Shown here: piece by piece, positions 20,666 to 26,631 of the stretch
How positions within the stretch are numbered: the first letter of the stretch is position 1
Layout: each line of letters starts with the position of its first letter
NCBI RefSeq assembly: GCF_006345805.1
Contig: NW_021834134.1
Coordinates: 1 to 26,631, forward strand
Source: Octopus sinensis
Taxonomy: Eukaryota
Direction: 5' to 3'
Length of the DNA stretch: 26,631 nt
The notes under the pieces: generated by a model
Told to the model about the DNA's origin: nothing
Databases searched by the model: none
Seen by the model: only the letters and a program-made list of their open reading frames with translations
Made by a program: the position numbers and the translations under genes

Positions 20666-21316
20666 TTCTTCATTCTTTCCAAATTCAATTGAAACAAAAG
20701 CTGTGTATTTCAACAGAAATATGGTAACAAAAGGGTTAAATCTTCCATCAAAATTTCACGTTAATTCATGTTCCAAACACCAGCTTAGTAATGACAAAGT
20801 TATTATCATAAATTCTTCAAAATTAATTGAAAAAAAACGGCAGTGTATTTTGATAGAAATATCATAACAAAATAGTTGCGTCGCCTAATATCTGTGATTC
20901 AAAAGAATGGCCAGTATATATATTTAGCCCCGTCCAAAAATACCCAATCAAAATCTTTTCAAAAAACTAAAAACAAAAACCGCAAACAACAGAAAATGAC
21001 CGTCTGTGTTCCTGCAATTAACTCTTTGTTAGATATTTTTTCTGGAAAATAAACTCCAAGTTCATTTTCTGAATACTAAAAGAAAGCAATGTCCTTCATT
21101 TATTTTGTCCGCAAGTGTTCTCCGCTATTGTCCTGCTCTCACTATACCCCAGGACCGTTTCAATGCAAAGAATATATAAAGCGCCATTTTAATTTTATCC
21201 CCGGTTGAATAACTCCAAACACAATAAATGTTTCTGCATCGTTACACATGCTAATTGCTGTCATTGTGGTCTAATTGCATTTCTAAAAGTTGCCAAGTCA
21301 AAACCAATATATGTAT

Positions 21317-21702
21317 GGTAAGTAGCTTGCTTACCAACCATATGGTTCCGGGTTCAGTCCCACTGCATGGCACCTTGAGCAAGTGTCTTCTGCTATAGCC
21401 TCGAGCCGACCAATGCCTTGTGAGTGGATTTGGTAGACGGAAACTGAAAGAAGCCCGTCGTATATATGTATATATATATGTATGTATGAGTGTGTATGTT
21501 TGTTTGTCTGTGTTTGTCCCCCTAGCATTGCTTGACAACCGATGCTGGTGTGTTTACATCCCCGTCACTTAGCGGTTCAGCAAAAGAGACCGATAGAATA
21601 AGTACTGGGCTTACAAGGAATAAGTCCCGAGGTCGATTTGCTCAACTAAAGGCAGTGCTCCAGCATGGCCACAATCAAATGACTGAAACAAGAGTAAAAG
21701 AG
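21317..21702 (+). mobile_element. SINE family A, near full length
   Basis: Matches 6650-7038. Confidence 0.93.
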
Positions 21703-21722
21703 AGAGAGTATGTATGTATGTA

Positions 21723-22243
21723 TCTTTTATTTGTTTCAGTCATCCTGGGGCACGGCCTTGAGGAATTCTTAGTCAAATGAACCAAATCCAGTACTTATTT
21801 CTTAAGCCTGGTACATTTTCTGTTATTCTCTTTTGCCGAACTGCTAAGTTACAGGGATGTAAATACACCAATACCAATTGTCAAGCAGTAGCAGGGGATA
21901 AGACACTAAAGACACACATGTATTGTCCAACTGCCCACACAAACACATATATATCTGCTGTATTCACATGACCACATATATACACTCATACAAACTTAAG
22001 ACATGCACTTAAGACACACACTTAAGATGCTTAAGACATACACACTTAAGATGCTTAAGACACACACACACATATATATATACACATATGCATATATACG
22101 ACGGGCTTCTTTCAGTTTCCATTTACATAATCCACTCACAAGGCTTTTGTCGGACTGAGGCTGTAGCAGAAGACACTTGCCCAAGGTGCCAAGCAGGGGA
22201 TTGAACCCAGAACCATGTGGTTGAGAAGTTTCTTACCACACAT
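21723..22243 (-). mobile_element. SINE family A, full length, diverged, with an expanded internal repeat
   Basis: Reverse complement of family A; the internal tract contains six CTTAAG (21995-22059). Confidence 0.85.
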
Positions 22244-22271
22244 GCACACACACACACACACACACACATCA

Positions 22272-22440
22272 GATTTCTTCTACAAGCACAAAGCTGGAAA
22301 ATTTGTGAGGAAAAAGGTTGTTGACTACATCAACCCCAGTACTCAGCTGGTACTTATCTCGACCCTGAAAGGATGAAAGGCAAAGTCAACCTTGGAACAT
22401 GAACTCAAAATGTAAAGATGAATGAAATGCTGCCAAGCAC
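22272..22440 (-). mobile_element. SINE family C
   Basis: CGACCCTGAAAGGATGAAAGGCAAAGTCAACCT matches 6330-6390. Confidence 0.78.
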
Positions 22441-22454
22441 ACACTAGAAAACAA

Positions 22455-22592
22455 TTGATATTAGGAGAGACATCCAGCTATAGGAACCAGTACTAAGCCG
22501 ACATCGGAGTGCAATGCAGTCCTGCAGCTTGTTGCATCCCAGTGAACTGTCCACTCTATGCTAGCATAGAAGACAAATGTTAAATGATAATG
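22455..22592 (+). mobile_element. Degenerate RTE-type SINE tail
   Basis: ATTAGGAGAGACATCCAGCTATAGGAACC...ATGCTAGCATAGAAGACAAATGTTAAATGATAATG parallels 14585-14724. Confidence 0.6.
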
Positions 22593-22831
22593 ACTGTGTG
22601 TGTCTGTGCCTATTTATCAGTGGATAAAGGGAACAGAGTAGGTAATTACATACATATGTTTCAAAGGAATCGCCAAAGAGAAGTTATGTAACCTTAAAGT
22701 ATTACATAGATGTACAGTGTTCCTTCCCCTCGAATACTTTTCTATATTGTTCATAAGTTCACTGTTAAGAGGAATTCACTACAAGCCACGAGGAAAAAAT
22801 TTCTATACTTTCAAATATACTATACATTATA

Positions 22832-23250
22832 AAATGTAATCCTAAATACACTATATCTGAATAAAAAATAAAATGATCACAGTTGTAACATTTTTGATAA
22901 TGAGACTGCTAAACCATGACTAACCTTGGGCTAAATAACTATAGCCACTAATACTGACTGTTATATTATACATTAAAAAATGTAGTCCTAGATATATTAT
23001 GTCTGAATAAAAGATGGGATGGTCACAGCTGGAACATCTTTGATCATAGGTCTCCTGAATCAGGACTGACCTGGGGCTAAATAACAGCAACAACAACAAC
23101 TATAGCCACTAATACTAATATACTGTACATTATATAATGAAGTCCTAGATACACTATGTCTGAAAAAATGGGAGGAGGGGGGGTCACAACCGGAACGTCT
23201 TTGATCACAGGCCTGCAGGAATGGGACTGACACATGGCTAAATAATGACA
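22832..23250 (+). repeat. Three tandem copies of a ~150-bp unit
   Basis: Anchors G(T/A)A(G/A)TCCTA at 22836, 22982 and 23139; periods 146 and 157 bp. Confidence 0.85.
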
Positions 23251-23384
23251 TAAATAACCATTCTTATTATTACCACCACAACCATCACCGCCACCCCCCA
23301 CAACCACTACCACCACCACCACCATCACCATCACAACCACCGTCCACCCCACCACAACCCCACCCCACCCCCACACTATCACCA

Positions 23385-23600
23385 GACGCTAGCAATTACC
23401 GCACGAAAATAAGTCAACAACAGCTGAGCAGGGCTATAATTTGGCAACTGTCCACTAAGTGACCGATGGATCATTGTCACTAAATCACCAAAAATGTCAC
23501 CATGTATATAACCCGGACACCTCCACTCCCCGTGCCCGATTGTCCGCAACACCTCACGGCCCTCCAGCCTTCTATGGCGTAATTGCATTAGGAACAAGGA
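23385..23600. promoter_or_regulatory. CpG-retaining unique island, possible cis-regulatory element
   Basis: Many CpGs, several TAAT/ATTA motifs and the E-box CAGCTG between low-complexity tracts. Confidence 0.25.
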
Positions 23601-23609
23601 CAGTAAATG

Positions 23610-23990
23610 CATGTAACTGTTTCTATATATGGGTCTGCGTTGCTGTGTGCGCTTGTATGTGTATGGGCATGTATGCATGTATATATGAGGGTCTGCTTTC
23701 ATGTGTGACAGTATATGTGTCTCTGTGTGTTTGGGCATGTATGTATGCATATACGTGTGGATCAGAATGTGTGCGTAAGTATGTCTATCAATGTGTGTTT
23801 TTGTATTTGTATGGGTACACGTGTGTATACACACGTAATATCCTTGTGTGTGTGAGCACATATGTAGATATATGTGAACATGCTTCATATGTATATATAA
23901 TGAGCAATTGGGTGCATGGTTCGTATGAGTGTATATATGTGTGGTCATATGGGTACAGCGGATATATATGTGTTTGTGTGGGCAGTTGGA
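23610..23990. repeat. Degenerate TG/TA low complexity
   Basis: Directly visible. Confidence 0.8.
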
Positions 23991-24066
23991 CAATACATGC
24001 TAGGGTATTTTGGATGTGTATGCTTCAGATTGAATACCAAGTATAGGATGCCATGATCGTTAGCTC

Positions 24067-24230
24067 CTACACACATTTTTTTCTCTCCTTGTTTTTTCTG
24101 TGTCCCTTTCTGTCGAAGAGCATAGGCTCAAAACATAAAAGACTTTTTCTATTCCTGAGCATTATACTAATACATTTGTTTGTTTGTACTCCACCTGCCT
24201 TCGTCTTTTGTTTATTTTCGTAAACTTTCC

Positions 24231-24232
<2 letters not shown>
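24067..24232 (+). mobile_element. Penelope-like pLTR-type cassette with a decayed hammerhead core (24110-24133)
   Basis: TTT-CTGTCGA-A-GAGC-ATAG-GCTC-AAAA-CAT; downstream TTCCTGAGCAT..CTAATAC parallels the 12932-13145 cassette; followed by (TA)n. Confidence 0.5.
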
Positions 24233-24269
<37 letters not shown>

Positions 24270-24301
24270 TTATATACATACATACATATATATATATACA
24301 T

Positions 24302-24465
24302 AGGCGCAGGTATGGCTGTGTGGTTAGATGTCTGATTCACATCTATATGGTCCTAGGTTCAATCCCACTGCATGACACCTTGGGCAAATGCTCTCTTATA
24401 TAGCCTTGGGCCAACCAAATTGTTGTTAATGGATTTGGTAGGCAGAAACTTAAAAAAAAGCTTGT
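24302..24465 (+). mobile_element. SINE family A, 5' half, diverged
   Basis: AGGCGCAGGTATGGCTGTGTGGTTAG...GGTTCAATCCCACTGCATGACACCTTGGGCAA. Confidence 0.8.
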
Positions 24466-24486
24466 TCTATATACATACATACATAT

Positions 24487-24695
24487 ACTCTTATTTGTTT
24501 CAGTCATTTGACAGCGGCCATGCTGGAGCACCGCCTTTAGTCGAACAAATCGACCCCAGGACTTATTCTTTGTAAGCCTAGTACTTATTCTATCGGTCTC
24601 TTTTGCCGAACCGCTAAGTGACGGGGACATAAACACACCAGCATCGGTTGTCAGGTGATGTTGGGGGACACACAAACATATACACACATACACAA

Positions 24696-24744
<49 letters not shown>

Positions 24745-24898
24745 TACATACACACATTTATACGACGGGCTTCTTTCAGTTTCTGTCTACCAAATCCACT
24801 CAAGGCCTTTTGGTCGGCCTGTGCCACGCAGTGGGACGGAACCCAGGACCATGTGGTTGGTAAGCAAGCTACTTACCACACAGCCACTCCTGCACCTA
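24487..24898 (-). mobile_element. SINE family A, full length with a ~30-bp internal deletion
   Basis: Lacks the GAGGCTATAGTAGAAGACACTTGCCCAAGG segment (plus-strand sense) present in other copies. Confidence 0.9.
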
Positions 24899-24905
24899 TA
24901 TATAC

Positions 24906-24937
<32 letters not shown>

Positions 24938-25240
24938 GTTTGTATATGTCAGTGGTCCAACCCATGCTAGCATGATGACAATATATATATATTATATATA
25001 CACCACACACACACACACACACACACATACATGCATGCATTCACGTAGAGGCAAATGCTTATAAAATCATGTGCAGATGACAGGTAGACAGGCAGATAAA
25101 TATAATTATATATTCATACATGTATGGGTAAAAGAATGACAATTATCATATTAATTAAGAGCTAATCAAAACACATTTACAGGCGTCTATATGTATTGGA
25201 AATCATAGAATCAATATGCACATATGTTGTCACCAATTTC

Positions 25241-25274
<34 letters not shown>

Positions 25275-25277
<3 letters not shown>

Positions 25278-25574
25278 TTTTACTTGTTTCAGTCATCTGA
25301 CTCAGGCCATGCTGGAGCACCATGTTAAAGGGTTTTAGTGATAGAAGGAAACCAAAAGAAGCCTGTGCATACATACATATACTCTTTTACTTGTTTCTGT
25401 CATTTGACTGTGGCCATGCTGCAGCACCACCTTTTAGTCGAGCAAATCAACCCCAGGACTTATTCTTTGTCAGCCTTAGTACTTATTCTATCGGTCCCTT
25501 TTGCCAAACAGTTATGAGGATGTAAACACACCAGCATCTGTTGGGGGGCCAAACACAACCACAGAGAGAGCGAC

Positions 25575-25642
<68 letters not shown>

Positions 25643-26375
25643 TACATACGATGGGCTTCTTTCATTTTCGTCTACCAAATCCACTCACAAGGATTTGGTC
25701 TAGCCCCACGGCTATTGTAGAAGGCGCACTTGCCCAAGGTGCCACGCAGTGGGGAATGAACCCAGAATCATGTGGTTGGTAAGCAAGCTACTTACCACAC
25801 AGCCCACCTACCCCATATATATATATAATATATATATAGATATATATATATATATATATATATTCTTTTACTTGTTCAGTCATCTGACTATGGCCATGCT
25901 GGAGCACCATGTTAAAGGGTTTTAGCGAAAGAAATTCTTGTGTGTAGGTTTGATAGGAAAAAAACAAGAGGCTGTCTATATATAGATATCTTCTACGCTT
26001 TACTTGTTTCTGTCATTGAACTGTGCCATGCTGGAGCATGCCCAGGACTTATTCTTTGTAAGCCCAGTAACTTTTTATCTATCGGTCTCTTTTGCGCCGA
26101 ACTGTTAAGTTACGGGGATGTAAACACACCAGCATCGGTTGTAGGTGATGTTGGGGGGGGGGACAAACACAGACACAACAACATATACACTCACACATAT
26201 AGAACATATAAAGGACAGGCTCGTTCAGTTTCCATACCAAACTCCACTCACAAGGCTTTGGTCGGCCCCACGCTATAGTAGAAGGCACTTACCCAAGGTG
26301 CACACCAGTGGGAATGAACCCAGAATTATGTGGGGGTTAGAAAGCTATTACCACCACAGCCACTCCTGTGCCTAT
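25275..26375 (-). mobile_element. Two tandem blocks, each a short family A 3' fragment plus a full-length family A copy
   Basis: Blocks 25275-25813 and 25862-26375 share private variants (CATCTGACT, CACCATGTTAAAGGGTTTTAG, GCCCCACG, GGGAATGAACCCAGAAT). Confidence 0.85.
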
Positions 26376-26631
26376 ACATCTATACATATATATATATAAT
26401 ATAGATATATATATATATTTATATATAAAAACTTTTTGTAAAAGTTCCTACTGATAATGCCCGAAACGATACTTTGGTAATGATTATTAATTTTAAAATT
26501 AATAATGTTATTTACCCTTATATTAGCGAATCAATATATCATACATCACACACACATAATATTACAAACACACATATATACACCACACACACATACTTAT
26601 ACACACACACATATACACACACCCACCCACA

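Noticed and set aside
20484-20867. 127-aa ORF
   Set aside because: AT-rich, crosses the Helitron 3' boundary and shows no Rep or helicase motifs.
21153-21207. RPFQCKEYIKRHF resembling a C2H2 zinc-finger linker
   Set aside because: Lacks the second Cys and correct His spacing, and stops after 17 codons.
26448-26475. CTGATAA-TGCCC-GAAACGAT hammerhead-like remnant
   Set aside because: G8 is altered, there is no stem II and stem I does not close; it may be a deleted PLE remnant but cannot be supported.
1-26631. Apparent plus-strand bias of CA/CAC repeats
   Set aside because: Several large TG tracts (3248, 9720, 15830, 23610) are on the plus strand, so the bias is not consistent.

Overview
Repeat-dense eukaryotic non-coding DNA (intergenic or deep intronic) with no credible protein-coding gene. 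Every long ORF in the track reads through microsatellites or SINEs. The SINE and microsatellite landscape points to an octopod cephalopod genome (inference from recalled repeat families, not a database match). The window holds many modular tRNA-headed SINEs, LINE 3' remnants, a small non-autonomous Helitron, two tandem arrays of 150-200 bp units, large compound microsatellites and three CpG-rich, motif-dense unique islands. Two less obvious layers of structured-RNA potential stand out. (1) A complete type I hammerhead ribozyme fold lies at 16998-17045 (-), with four further hammerhead-like cores of Penelope-like (PLE) architecture at 12181-12264 (+), 13032-13066 (-), 13322-13406 (-) and 24107-24140 (+); most sit in short cassettes beside (TA)n tracts, and no RT gene is present. 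(2) Five unrelated fold-back elements of 100-240 nt lie at 1079-1213, 1586-1703, 1902-2004, 4085-4207 and 11679-11920. SINE family labels A, B and C are my own working names. Coordinates were counted by hand; element boundaries may be off by a few bases.
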